Shown here in pieces: positions 39,654 through 52,828 of a stretch of 64,000 nucleotides of DNA. The DNA lies in NCBI RefSeq assembly GCF_009914755.1, contig NC_060932.1. One strand, given 5' to 3'. The position numbers and the translations under genes are program-made. Under the pieces are notes generated by a model. It was given only the letters and a program-made list of their open reading frames with translations. It was not told where the DNA came from and did not search any database. This DNA is from the human T2T-CHM13v2.0 reference genome, Homo sapiens. Numbering within the stretch: the first letter of the stretch is position 1; every line of letters starts with the position of its first letter.

Positions 39654-39746
39654 GTACAAAGATGGCAGTCTGATTTGCCAGGCGGCTGAACCGGGAAAGT
39701 ACAGGATTGAGAGCAACTATGGCGTACACACACTGGAGATCAACAG
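39654..39746 (+). CDS. MYOM2: MYOM2 exon 6 (YKDGSLICQAAEPGKYRIESNYGVHTLEINR)
   Basis: Acceptor tcatttAG, donor CAG|GTATGG; 93 nt. Confidence 0.97.
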
Positions 39747-40208
39747 GTATGGCTGTGGTGGGGGCTCTGGACGCTGGCGTCCAGTAATCAGCATTGCAGA
39801 CCCCAAAGAAGAAGTCAGATGGGTAACTGGAGGCCAAATCACACCTGTCTGTTTGCACCCCGGGTGACTTTAAATAGCATTTATGAGTTAATGGTACTGG
39901 TGTTGGAAGCTTCCCTTTGTTTTTCTTTAGTGTCTGGCCAGAGGAATGCAAACTCTGGGAATAAAGACAGTAGATAGTTCAGGGAAAGGTAATGGCATCT
40001 GGGTGGAAAGGCTGCCATGCAGTGCAAGAAGCTTTCATTGACACCTCCTGCCAGGTTCGAGAAACACACCCTAAGTTCAGACTCTTCAAAGAATGATAAC
40101 CTTTATTTTCTTTTATAACAAATCAAAAAAGTATATGAAATGTAGACAAATAAAAGAAAAACAATCATCTATACATCCAGCACCCAGGGTCAGTATGTTG
40201 CTGTATAG

Positions 40209-40559
<351 letters not shown>

Positions 40560-41287
40560 TAAATAAAAGTGAGACACTGCTGTTCTTTTTCTGTTTCTGT
40601 GCATACACGGTTTTTACTTTTCACAAAAGACCCTGACATTACACAAGTCAGCTTTTTTCAGCAGTAGTATCTTGTGGCACCTTCCTATGGCTCTCATGTT
40701 AATTTTTCCAGTGAACCTGACTGCCTGTTTTTGAACTTAAGGAGCACACGCTTGTCCAGGAGCCAGAAGGCCACATTTACCATGTGACTTTGGATAAGCC
40801 ATTAACGCCTCCTGAAAACAATTATCAAGAGACAGATAGTAACAATTTTATCTTCTCTATAGGACTAAAAGAGTTACTGTGAGACTCCAATAAGAAGATG
40901 CATGTTGTGTTTATATATGTTTATATATATAACGGGAGGTGTGGGGTGTGTGTGCTTGTGTGTGTAGTCAGTTATATCAAATCCCTTCTAGGAAAACATG
41001 AGGGATGTTTGTATAAATAAGGTAAAAAATAAGTGAGACATTGGAACATACGATTTTATTGATTTTATTCTGACTAAACTGTAAAGCAGTGAGTGCATCA
41101 TTGTTAGGCCTCTGTTCTTCAGAGGAAAAGGTGCCTGCTAATTCCCAGAGGGAGCTCAGAGGAGCTCAGGAGGGTGAACACAAATGTTGATTGATCATCC
41201 TGCCTCCCCTCCCCAGAAGCCTGCTTGGAAGGAAAGTCTTGCTCTGTTCGTTTGTTTGTTTTTTAAAGCTTTTATACATTGGATCCT

Positions 41288-41700
41288 GTTAAAAAGTTAT
41301 CCTGACACTCGTTAAGGACATTAAGGAAGACTTCCTTAAGGACCACAGGGAGGGATTCTTGCTCTGGGGGAGAGAAACCGGGCTCAGCTCTGAGTACAGC
41401 AGGAAAGTGGGAGTGAGACCAAGGAGTAGGGTAGGGCGGATGGGAAATTACTAGGGGGAGATGGGGGTGAGGGGGTTCCGGCCGAGCCTCCCCAGCAGGG
41501 TTCTGGCTGAAGGCAGGCTGGGGCCATCAGACATCCCTGGGGATGGAGGGGTGAGGAGCCCATCTGCTATCGAGGGAGGGGCTTGAGTTGGGCTGAGCTG
41601 GTGGGATTCTTACTGTTGAGGGCCCACCAAGCCTGGGGCCTGGTTGGGAAGAGGGTTGAAAGGAGCTGTCTCCGGTTTAGTGAGGGAGGGGGTCTCTGTC
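41288..41700 (-). mobile_element. MER31-like ERV1 solo LTR
   Basis: tgttaaaaagttatcctgacactcgttaag...ggatgggaaattactag...gctgaaggcagg...atcagacatc resembles the recalled MER31 consensus. Confidence 0.6.
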
Positions 41701-41876
41701 CCCATCCAGCCTGGTGTTTAGTGAGGGAGGGCGTCTCTGTCCCCGTCCAGCCCAGTGTTTAGTGAGGGAGGGTGTCTCTGTCCCTGTCCAGCCCAGTGTT
41801 TAGTGAGGGAGGGCGTCTTTGTCCCCTCCAGCCTGGTGGTTAGTAAGGGACTAGTCTTTGTCCCCGTCCAGCCTGG
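41675..41876. repeat. 41-bp minisatellite x5
   Basis: Unit GTTTAGTGAGGGAGGGCGTCTCTGTCCCCGTCCAGCCCAGT. Confidence 0.92.
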
Positions 41877-44800
41877 CAGAAAGTTGGGCTCTGCCTGGCT
41901 TCTCTCCCTCTGTCTGGCTCCTGCCCTGTGCCCTCCCCCAGCATCCTTACCAACTCTTCCTCTTCCTGCCTTCCCTTCCTCCTGTTCCCGACTCTACCTG
42001 GGGCGGTGGCTTCAGCCAGCTCTTCCTGATGCTCATCCTGGTGGCCTGAGCATGGCTTCTGCCCGGTGGTGCCCCTCCCCGAGTCAGGGGGTCCACCAGC
42101 TCCTCTGTGTGTGGGACTCCCTCCTGCTTCCTCCTCCCGGGAGCCTGCATGGGGCCTGGGGCCTTTGTCCTGCTGGAATGGTCCACCCTCTGCAGATTCA
42201 CTAGAGTTGGGTGTTGAAAGGCAATAATTGAGATTGAAATTTGCAGGGCATCCTACCTCATTTCTCCAGATAAATCCGGGTTTCTCTAGGAAAGCTCTCC
42301 TTCTGGCGGGCTCCTTGGCCCTGCTCACAGAGAGCTTGCTGTGTGCCTGGTGCTATCCTGGATGTTCGAGAGGCTTCAGGGGCCAAGACAAGGATGCCGC
42401 CTTCCAGGTCCCACTCTCTGGCATCAGGAGGCAATTGATGAGTGAAGGACACAGCCAGCCACAGCAGCTGTGGGTGAGGGGAGGGGGCTGTGGCCCGTTG
42501 TGGTGTGAAATAGATGCCAGGTGGACCTTCATGGAGATATCACATGAGCAAGGCTTGAAGGCCAGTAGAGGACCCAGAGCTGTGGAGTGGGTGGGCCCCC
42601 TGGCACAAAGGCTCTGAGAGGTGCATTGGGGGTCCTGGGCTGGGGGGTTGGCAGGGGACAAGCTGTCACAGGCATAGCCAGTGGCCCTGCAGATCACGGG
42701 GACCCCGTGGGCCATTGTAAGGACATTGGCTTTGCTGGAGGGAGGCGGGGAGACCCCAGAGGGCTGAGGGGAGAAGGAAGGATGTAACATTGACCTCTAG
42801 AGGATCACTCTGACTGCAGACAGGCTGCAGGGCCTGGCAGGCCTGGTGGGAGCCCTTGCTAGAATCCGGGAAGGAACACAGGCCTGGGAGCGGGAGGGAG
42901 CAGGGGAGTGGGAAGAAGTGGGTGCTCTGGGCAGCTTTTGAGGGTAGAGCCAGCAGGATTTGCTGCTGGGCTCGACTGGGCATTAGTGAAAGAGAGGGGT
43001 CCAAGTATTCTCAGAGCTGTGGCCATCACAGCGGGGTAGGCCTGGGTTGGGCAGTGGAGTTAGGCACAGGCTGCAAAGGATGCCTCTCCTGGGGCCCTCT
43101 CCAAGTTTTTCAGAGAGAAACTTTCTCTCCTTGGATTTCCGAAAGTTGTGGGAGTTTTAATAGACCGTAGGCCGTCATGTCTAGAAAGAGACCACCTGCC
43201 TTCATTTTGGACAGCTCATGGGTGTGTGGGGCTGTCTGCTTTCTACCCTGTGTGTGCTGTGAATGTTTAGGGGTAAGTAGGTTGGTCTGAGTTCCAGATC
43301 AGCTTGTTCCCAAGCTGTGTTCTGATAATTGTTTTAAAAAGAAAAGAATGATATACCTTTCTCAAGAATGAAAAACGTTGCGTTGACATCGGTGTTGGCA
43401 ACGTTTAAACTTTACATTGGGCACCACATGGGCTTCGAACGGAATGGACTAATTTGTGAGATAAAGTCGTTGAATCCGCCCCGGAATACCACAAGTCAAT
43501 GATCCCCTAATATAGGTCTCCTCTGATGGACTTGGATTTTGCTTGCATATGCAAATATTTGGGAAACTTGGGAAAAGGAAACTTCCAAGACCACCTTTTG
43601 TCTCAGTATTCTTGTTGGTCCTAGGAAGCTCCAAACAGATGAAATGTTAATATTCTTCGGGAAAAGAGCAATGAGATAAACCCACAAATTACAGCTTGTC
43701 TCAGCTGTTCATACCAAACTGCTGAGCCGCCGGTCATCCGATCTGTGGCCATTTTCAGTGGCAGAATGTGTTGGCACCCACCTCTTGATTGGCTCAGGAA
43801 TGAGCTTTTCCTTCTGTGACATGAGTGACATTTATTCCTATGAATATTCCTTGGCCACGGTAGCTGGATTCTTAAAGTGCTGAAAAAGAAGCTCCCCCTT
43901 GGTACTATTTTATTTTAAATTTGTAATTGACACTGTTTTATATGCTCATAAGATTTTCCCATGGGACTCATGATGTGAGCCCTCATTCTTCAAAGAATAT
44001 GATGTTCTCATATTTTTATGAAAGTATTTATAATAGAACAATCTATCTGGTTTTCTATCAGTAACATGCTCACTCCCCATTCATTCTTTGCTGAGTGATT
44101 TTAGGGTGAAACGTTTTTTGTACTTTATTTTTAGAGCTTGATGTTTAAATTTTGATTTAATTAAATTATAAATCCAGCGTCATCACCACTTATAATTTGA
44201 GGACATGAGGCCCCAGCTGCCCATGAGAATTGATATGGCACTTAACCTTATGGCTGCCCATCTTTAAGACAGGACAGAACCAGCTTCTCCCAGGGGGTTG
44301 TTTTAGGGGCCTTCAAACAGAGACTCTGGGATGCCAAAGGGCGCCATGGACGTTTGTATAAATTGAGACCAGAGAAGACTCTCTCCATCTATTCTGGGAA
44401 CCTGTCAGAACAGGAAATAAAACCCTTGCCTCTCCCTCACTTGCTTGCAAGTTCTCACAGCATGAAGCAAAGGCTGGAATTAGACTGGGGGTGAGCTGAG
44501 TGCCTGTGTGGGGCCTCGGGAAGGGGAGGAAGACGGGGGTCCTTTGGAAACTGCCCATGGGCCAAAGCTGTGATTTGCCTCCAAATCCCAAGTGGACACA
44601 GGCTAAGCTGAGGAAGTCTCCGCGAGAGTGGCCGCCCTTTCTCCTGCATCTGCTCCGTCGTCTGCCCAGGCCCCCTGCTTCCCGGCCTCGGGGCAGGCAG
44701 GGGGCAAACCCTGGGAGGCAGGGCAAGGGTGCCCTTACCTCCCTCCCAGGGCAGGTCTTTGCATTTGTTTATAACCTACACAGGGACCTGTGTTCCAACA

Positions 44801-45772
44801 CACTTCATACAGTATGAAACAAGGTCGAAAGAGAAAAGGTGAGACAACGGGAACCATAAACAGAAGGCCTAACTTACCCGTGCCCACCGTGGGGGTGACC
44901 GCGAGCTCCTTAGCGGGGCGCCTCCTGCATGGAGTGGGGCCACCGCCGTCGTCAGTGGGTCGGGATCTTTGCTCCGGTGACGGGTTTCTTTACAGAAGGA
45001 AGGAGAGCCCACGTGTTTTGCAGTCGCTGCGGGAGGCCAAGCGGATGGAGGGCTTCTTCCCCCAGTGGCTCCTGCCTCTGAGCACCAAGTGCTAATTGGT
45101 GACTTGATGAGCTAATCAGTGCTAATGCGCGAGGTTGCACTCCCCTGGGATCTTAATGCCTGAAGTCAATTGAAAAACAAGCTCCTTGCCCTTTGGGAGA
45201 GGCTGCTGGCTGGCGAGGGGGGCCGTGGCCTGGGGAACACATCTCCCTCCTCCTTCTCCTCCATCCCCCTCCTCCTTCTCCTCTCCTGGCACCAGTGATC
45301 TTATTTCCTACATTCTTAGACAAGGTTTATCCCCTTCCTGTACCCCTCCCAGCTATCCCCTGCCCAGGAGCTGTGAAACAGCAATTCATTGCAGTTCTCA
45401 AAAGACTTAGAAATTGTGTTGCTTTATAGGACTGTAAGGGCAAGGAGGGATTTCCGTAGAGGAGAGGCCAGAAGGAATCATCTTTGAACTTTTGGTTCAG
45501 GAATTCAGCTATTATTTCTTAGTTACTAATATATAAGATTAACATTATATGATAAAACCACAAAATGTTTTCAAGTACATTGTTTTATTTAATCATCGAA
45601 GTCACCCTAGTCAAGTGTGGGTGCTCAATACATGTATTCTAGAAGTCTAAAATACCCACAATGTGTTTATTATATAGTCAGTAGATAAGAATGATCGGGC
45701 TGGTCTCATGAAGGCACCAGTTTGGAAGGAGAATTTGAGGCTGGCAGCTGCAGGTGTGTAAAAGCCTTGGCA

Positions 45773-46060
45773 GGCCAGGCACGGTGGCTCATGCCTGTAA
45801 TCCCAGCATGTTGGGAGGCCGAGGCAGGTGAATCACGAGGTCAGGAGTTTGAGACCAGCCTGAGCAACATGGTGAAACCCTGTCTCTACTAAAAATACAA
45901 AAAATTAGCTGGGTGTGGTGGTGCGCACCTGTAATCCCAGCTACTCAGGAGGCTGAGGCAGGAGAATTGCTTGAACCTGGGAAGCGGAGGTTTCAGTGAG
46001 CCAAGATCACGCCACTGCACTTCAGCCCGGGTGACAGTGTGAGACTCCATCTCAACAAAA
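45773..46060 (+). mobile_element. AluS (Sg-like), intron 6
   Basis: Full Alu; TSD aaaagccttggca / aagagcctcggca. Confidence 0.95.
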
Positions 46061-48574
46061 AAGAGCCTCGGCAACTATTTTTGCCCTGGATTTTCTTCTT
46101 ATTTCTTCTTATTGCCCAGTGTTTCTTCTTATTCTCTATTCTTCTCATTGCCCAATATTGAAAAAAATCCTGAATCCAAGACAAGTAGTTTCAAATGAAA
46201 ACATTTTTACCTTGACATCTCAGAATATTATCCAATTACATAGAGGTAGTAGGAGAAGCTCTGCCTGAGGCCCCGGTACCCATGAGTTAAGTGGCTGCGT
46301 AAGGTTCATGTTGGGCTTCGTGCCTGACAGGTGTGTGATGAGCTGAGTCTACACTGACACCACAGTTTAAAAACGGCTAAAACACACGGAGGAAGAAATG
46401 TGCAGCACACGGGGGAGATTCCAGTTGAGAGCCGTGGGGCGCAGTGTGAACGCTGTTGATGTTACTTAACAGGCAGCAGCAGGGTTTTCAAGGGGTTGGC
46501 TGGAGCCCTGTCCATGTAGCCCACACTCCCGCTCCTCGAGTACAAGGGTGGGTCAAGGCGTTCACCCTTCCTCACTGAGGAACTGGTCATGACGGTGACC
46601 TGCTGGGCTTGGGGACAGCCCGTGCCCTGGTCCAGCCGGGTCACATCCCGTGAGTCCTGCCCTGGTCCAGCAGGGTCACGTGCAGCGGTTCCTGCACGGG
46701 AACTGCCCGTGCACCTGCTCTGTGCTTCTCTGGTTTATGGCTCCCTCCTTGAGAATCTGAGTCCACCTGGCTTGTGCGTTCACAGGACAGGCTCCAGGTC
46801 AGCAGATTCCGATCAAGCAGATTTTACAGACCGCCTTGCTCACTTCCATATACTCTGGCATTCGAATCCTTCCAGTGGTGCCTGTGGGAGGCTGTCGCCC
46901 TTGTTTCTCTCATCTGCTGTGTTATTGCTAGTGGGGGTGGGATCGTTGTAGAGGAAGGGTTAGGATGAATCCCAAAAGAAGAATATATTTGGGTTTGGAG
47001 AATGCATTTTTGAAAACATAATGGTTTTATTATTTAGAAGAAGTAACATGAGCACAAAGTAAACAAACAAACAAAATGCAGCAATGCCCACGGGTCCTGC
47101 AGAGAAGCACCTCCTCCTTCCACCGCGGACCCCAGTCCCAGGCATGTTCTGAGAGGCAGCAGCACAATGCGCTCCCTGTGGGGATGCGTATGTGAGTATT
47201 ATGTGTGAATTATATGGGTAGATCAGCACAGGTTGTTAATGCTTAGCATTGGAGAAAGCCTCTACTTATGGGGTTTTTATGTGTTTTACACACACTGTTG
47301 CTTTGCACCTGGGGACATGGCTGTGCCTGTGGTGATCTGGAAATAGGACAGCAGCGTAGCTTCTAATGAGTTCAGGCTAGAATTGTAGCTTTGCTGATGG
47401 CTTTGTAGTTCGGCTTGTATTCCTCCACGGTGAACTAGAAGATAATGTTCTTGGTTTGAAAATCTACCCAGACTGGGCTCTGGTGTGTGATCTGTCCCTT
47501 GAGCAACGGCAGTTAGGGAGGTCAGATGGTTTTATCTGACATATTGAAACTGGATTTGAACTTCAGCAGGAGGGGAAAGAATTCTCAGTAGATAGCACAG
47601 TTCTCGGACACGTTCTTTCCCTTTTGTTGGAGAAACGGAAATTTTTGATCTAAGAAAATATTTTCAGCACGTATAGTGGAACAGAGAAGAAAATAAAATT
47701 ACTAATGACTTCGCAGGAATGGATTTTGTCTCTGGAGGCACTGGCTTCTTAATGCATTTGAAAAGTGAGACTTGAGTAACTCTTGCTTTTCTCAAAAGTG
47801 GGGACTTTTTGTGTTGTTTCTTTTCCCACGTTAAGATTCTGCTCAGGTGTCCATGGCTTGGAAAGGAGCTACCAGAAAGAATGCAATTTTGGAGTCACGT
47901 GGACCTTGTTTACCTAGCTTCTTACCTTACTGTGTTGATTGCTCACCATCCTAGTGGGATAGTGATGTCTGTTTTCCAGGCTACTTGAGGATGAACGTGG
48001 AAATGCTGATGTGAAGTGACTTGAGGAGGGCTTGGTGTTGAGTAAAAGCTCAGCTGATCTTAGCGCCTCTTCCTTACCCCCTCTTGTCTCCATTTCCTGG
48101 GGAAGCTGGTGGGAAGACAGTTCACAGCCAAGAAGAGAAGTTTTAGCTTTAGTACCATGGATATGGGGAAGCAGAAGACCCACCCCCACAGGTACTTGGG
48201 TTTTGTGAGCCTGGCTATTCCTAAGTCATGTTTTTTTTTGTTTTGTTTTGTTTTCCCAGGGATAAACACACATCAGTGTCTCAGGTGGAGTCCAACTCAG
48301 ACATTTCAATACACCCTTGAGTGGGTGATTCATGTCTTGGGATCATATTACTTTGGGATTCTGGATGTAGCCTCTTATTAGCATGGGAATCCTACTGGGG
48401 AGCTGGGTAGGGTTGTAGAATCTGCTTTTGGAACAGGGAGTTTGTCACTTAGAAGTTAATCGGTCTCTGCACCTTGGAACCCTCTGTGTACGCCAGGTAC
48501 AAGCTGTGTTGAGGGCTTCGATGGGTTTTCGGTGGTTTCATCCCAGGATTCTCATCCCAGGGGCATTAAAGGAT

Positions 48575-49130
48575 GGAGAGCATCGTGGGCGCAGCTCTTC
48601 AATGCTCGTGTGCGCCAGGCAGAGAGCATACCGGGGGGCGGCAGCTCTTCAATGCCTGTGCACACCAGGCCGAGAGCATCCTGGGGACAGCTCTTCAATG
48701 CCTGTGTGCACCAGGTGGAGAGCATCCCGGGGGCAGCTCTTCAATGCCTGTGTGCACCAGGCAGAGAGCATCCTGGGCACAGCTCTTCAATGCCTGTGTG
48801 TACCAGGCGGAGAGCATCCCGGGGGCAGCTCTTCAATGCCCGTGTGCACCAGGCGGAGAGCATCCTGGGGACAGCTCTTCAATGCCTGTGTGCACCAGGT
48901 GGAGAGCATCCTGGGGACAGCTCTTCAATGCCCGTGTGCACCAGGCGGAGAGCATCCCGTGGGCAGCTCTTCAATGCCCGTGTGCACCAGGCAGAGAGCA
49001 TCCTGGGTACAGCTCTTCAATGCCTGTGTGCACCAGGCGGAGAGCATCCCGGGGGACAGCTCTTCAATGCCCATGTGCACTAGGCAGAGAGCATCCTGGG
49101 CGCAGCTCTTCAATGCACGTGTGCACCAGG
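48575..49130. repeat. 46-bp VNTR, 12 copies (intron 6)
   Basis: Unit GGAGAGCATCCTGGGGACAGCTCTTCAATGCCTGTGTGCACCAGGC; CTCTTC recurs from 48595 to 49106 at 46-nt spacing (one 50, one 47). Confidence 0.97.
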
Positions 49131-49761
49131 ATCACCTGGAGAGTGGAGCAAAGCTCAAGCTCCCGGACCACCTTAGAACTCGCATGGGATGGACTGCCCC
49201 ATGGGAACGACTCCCTGTATGGGAACGGCTCCTGCATGGAATGGACCCCCCCGCCATGGTTCAGGGCCTCCCTGAAGCAGCACTCTGCCTTCTCCTCTGG
49301 CAGCATCCTGGCTCCTACACGGAGCAGGTCCACGGCTCTCCCAGGCAGGCTCTGTATCATCCCATCACGACTGGTTCTGCTGGAGCTTGAGGTCACGGGA
49401 GGCTGTCCATTGACAAGATGAAACCGCGCATTCCATAGAGGTAGAAAAAATAGGACCAGAATGGAATAGAGACTTCTCCTTGAGAATGAACAAAGGATTT
49501 TCAGGAGTGCCAGTACCTTTTTATTCTTAAGGCCGAAACTGCACCATCTTCTGGGATCAGGCCTTCATCTGTGTCTATAATTAATACCGAGTGCTGCCTC
49601 ACCTTTCCAAGGACAGAGCTGGCATTGTTCTTGCACAAATCACTCATGAACAAATAAACCACGCCATGTGATTTGCTTTCGAGGAATGCTTTTGTGCAAT
49701 TCGGGTCACTGACTTTTACACAACAGTCCCGCAGACTTTCTCTTGTTTTTTTCTCTCCAAG

Positions 49762-49850
49762 GGCAGACTTTGACGACACTGCGACATACTCAGCAGTGGC
49801 CACCAATGCCCACGGACAAGTGTCCACCAACGCGGCGGTGGTGGTGAGAA
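49762..49850 (+). CDS. MYOM2: MYOM2 exon 7 (ADFDDTATYSAVATNAHGQVSTNAAVVVR)
   Basis: Long pyrimidine tract then ccaAG, donor GAA|GTGAGT; 89 nt; Ig D-x-A-x-Y...N-x-x-G motif. Confidence 0.97.
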
Positions 49851-49930
49851 GTGAGTGCCGGGTGGGCTTTCACGGGGCACCTCCCGCCTCCTTTTCTCTT
49901 TTCTGCTGCACTCACTTTGCTGTCTTGCAG

Positions 49931-49981
49931 GGTTCCGGGGAGACGAGGAACCATTCCGTTCGGTGGGACTCCCGATTGGAT
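49931..49981 (+). CDS. MYOM2: MYOM2 exon 8 (linker FRGDEEPFRSVGLPIG)
   Basis: Acceptor tcttgcAG, donor GAT|GTAAGT; 51 nt, phase 1-1. Confidence 0.96.
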
Positions 49982-50070
49982 GTAAGTGGGTTTTTGTTTC
50001 TTTTCTGTGTGGTGAAATGTTTAGTGACATAGCAGACAATTTGAAAACATGGTTTCCTAAGGGCCAAATC

Positions 50071-50167
50071 TTTTTTTTTTTTTGAGACGGAGTCTCACTC
50101 TGTCACCCAGGCTGGAGTGCAGTGGTGCCATCTCGGCTCACCATAAGCTCCGCCTCCCGGGTTCACA
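50071..50167 (-). mobile_element. 5'-truncated AluY (~97 bp) at the start of intron 8
   Basis: TSD cctaaggg(c/t)caaatc at 50056 and 50168; Y-like aagctccgcctcccgggttcac. Confidence 0.9.
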
Positions 50168-51206
50168 CCTAAGGGTCAAATCTTTTTTACAAAAATCATT
50201 TCAGAGAGCTCCTCCAAGTTTCTCCTGGCCAGTGTTAGCATGCTGACAATTTGTTCCCATGTAATTCTATGGCTAGGTGGTATTTTTAGACTGGTGAAAA
50301 CATCACTTGGAGAGACTTTACGTTTTTGAACTGGAAAAAAAGAGACACATCCAAATTCTTGACCTGAATGCATCATGTTGCTGTTTCGTGTTTAAGGAGA
50401 TGTTTTTTTTTTCTCCAAAAGTCTCTTGGTCCTTGTAACAAATGACTTCAGGTCAAAACAAGGGCAGTGCAGCAGGCTTTGGTCCAGAGACCCGCCCCAG
50501 GCCTAGGACCTGCCCTGGCCCTGTAATGAGGCGAAGCCCTCTCTGGCCCTGAGCTGGCTTCACCCTAGCAGTCCCATGGTGCTGGGTGACCCATGCTGGG
50601 TGAGGTGAGGCGGTCCCCATGAGGGCATCTGGAGGACGGGGACATGATGGATGCCCTTTCGAGGCAGCTTGTTTATGGCTTGGGAGTGAGTTTTAGAATT
50701 GGCCTGAACTTCCCAGGAAGGAACCGTACATTCCGATGGAAGCACTGATTTTACTGTAATGCGAGGCTTAGTTGCTCTGGGCCACGTGCTGGGAGTGGAG
50801 AGTTGACCGAAGCAACGATGGAGGGTGGAGCCTCCTGGCAGCTGCTGGCCGCTGTGGGCGTGGCCTCTGCTCGCGATTTCTGTGTGACTTTTTTTGCTGG
50901 GCTACATCCAACACTCGGTGAGCCCCCAAGACCACCAAAGGGCAGGCAGGGATCAGTCCAAAGTGAGCCTGGGGAGCCCGGGAGATCTGGGTGTCTGTGT
51001 GTAGCTCTGGCCCTCAGGACAGCACAGAGTCTGTGTGGAGAGTTGCCCCAGGCACTGATGAGCTGGGCAGGTCCTGGCAGTCACCTGGTCCCATCCCGGG
51101 GTTTCTCCTATCTATTAACATTTTATCTTCCTCATTAAGAACTGTGGCGCAGTTACAGCATAGATCACCATGGAAGAATGCTCATGTGTTCACCACCCGT
51201 GTTTGA

Positions 51207-51791
<585 letters not shown>

Positions 51792-52159
51792 TAAACTTCC
51801 CTACATGCATGTGTCTGTAAACCATACAGTTTTTTTTTGGTTTTAAAAATTCAGTATAGATTTTTTTCCTGACATGTATGTACTTCTCCCCCTACCACAC
51901 ATATTTTTGAAATTTAACCAGGCTGACGCTTCTGGATCTAGTTACTTCATTTGGGTGAACTCTAAACTCTACGGATGCAAATACCACCGTTTGTTTTGAG
52001 GAGGAGGCAGCCGTGGCTTCCAAGTCCATGTGACTTGCCAGAAGCCACAGTCTGGGGCTGAGGTTGGACTTAAACCTTTGGTCTTCACACACGATCAGGT
52101 TCTCAGCCCTGCCTCTGACGACACCGCAAAGTCGACTTTGTGACATTTAATTCTTCCGC

Positions 52160-52524
52160 AGTGGCTTGTCTCCGCTCCGGCTGCTGGAACAACACGCCAT
52201 GGCCGGGGCAGTTTACGAACAGCAAACACTTATCCTCTCTGTTCTGGAGGCAGAAGCCTGACACTCAGCAGGCATGGCTTCTGGTGAGGAGCCTCCTCCC
52301 GGGTTGCTGACGGCACCTGCTCACGGTGTCCTCACGTGGAAGGAAGGAAGGTCTGGCCTCTTCCTCCTCTTCCAAGGGCGCTCATTCTCCCCTGGGGTCC
52401 CACTCTCACGATCTCATCCCACCCTCATCACCTCCCAAAGGCCCCACCTCCTTACACCGTCCCATTGAGGGTCAGGGATTCAACACTGGAATTCTGGGGG
52501 GACACAGACATTCCGTGTGGAGCA
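52160..52524 (-). mobile_element. MLT1A-type MaLR solo LTR
   Basis: gttctggaggcagaag...tcacctcccaaaggccccacctcct...gggggacacagacattc. Confidence 0.72.
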
Positions 52525-52625
52525 CGGACCTGGCTACGGGTGTTCCATGCTGTGGGGCGGTGACAAAGACGTGCTTTTGCGGTGACGGTCTGAGTGTGTC
52601 TGCTGTCAAAGATGCTCTCTGCCCT

Positions 52626-52737
52626 AATGGCGTGAACCCGGGAGGCGAAGCCTGCAGTGAGCCGAGGTCGCACCACTGCACTCCAACCTGGACAACAGAG
52701 CGAGACTCCGTCCCCCCGCCCCCCGCCCCCAAAAAAG
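52626..52737 (+). mobile_element. 5'-truncated AluY (~110 bp) near the end of intron 8
   Basis: Perfect 18-bp TSD aaagatgctctctgccct at 52608 and 52738; Y-diagnostic aatggcgtgaacccgggaggcg; C-rich tail. Confidence 0.92.
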
Positions 52738-52741
52738 AAAG

Positions 52742-52821
52742 ATGCTCTCTGCCCTTCGGCCATGAAAGCCTCCATCGTTTCATGCTCTCTGCCCTTCGGC
52801 CCTGAAAGCCTCCATCGTTTC
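52742..52821. repeat. 40-bp tandem duplication abutting the exon 9 acceptor
   Basis: atgctctctgcccttcggcc(a/c)tgaaagcctccatcgtttc x2. Confidence 0.95.
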
Positions 52822-52828
52822 TGTGCAG

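Noticed and set aside
48575-49130. CRISPR-like appearance of regular repeats (also 35472, 61271, 2321, 63775)
   Set aside because: Units are head-to-tail with no unique spacers and no cas genes; these are ordinary minisatellites.
48428-49390. 320-aa ORF, the longest in the track
   Set aside because: Starts at TTG, not ATG, and is VNTR-derived; only the ATG-initiated frame is kept, as a low-prior finding.
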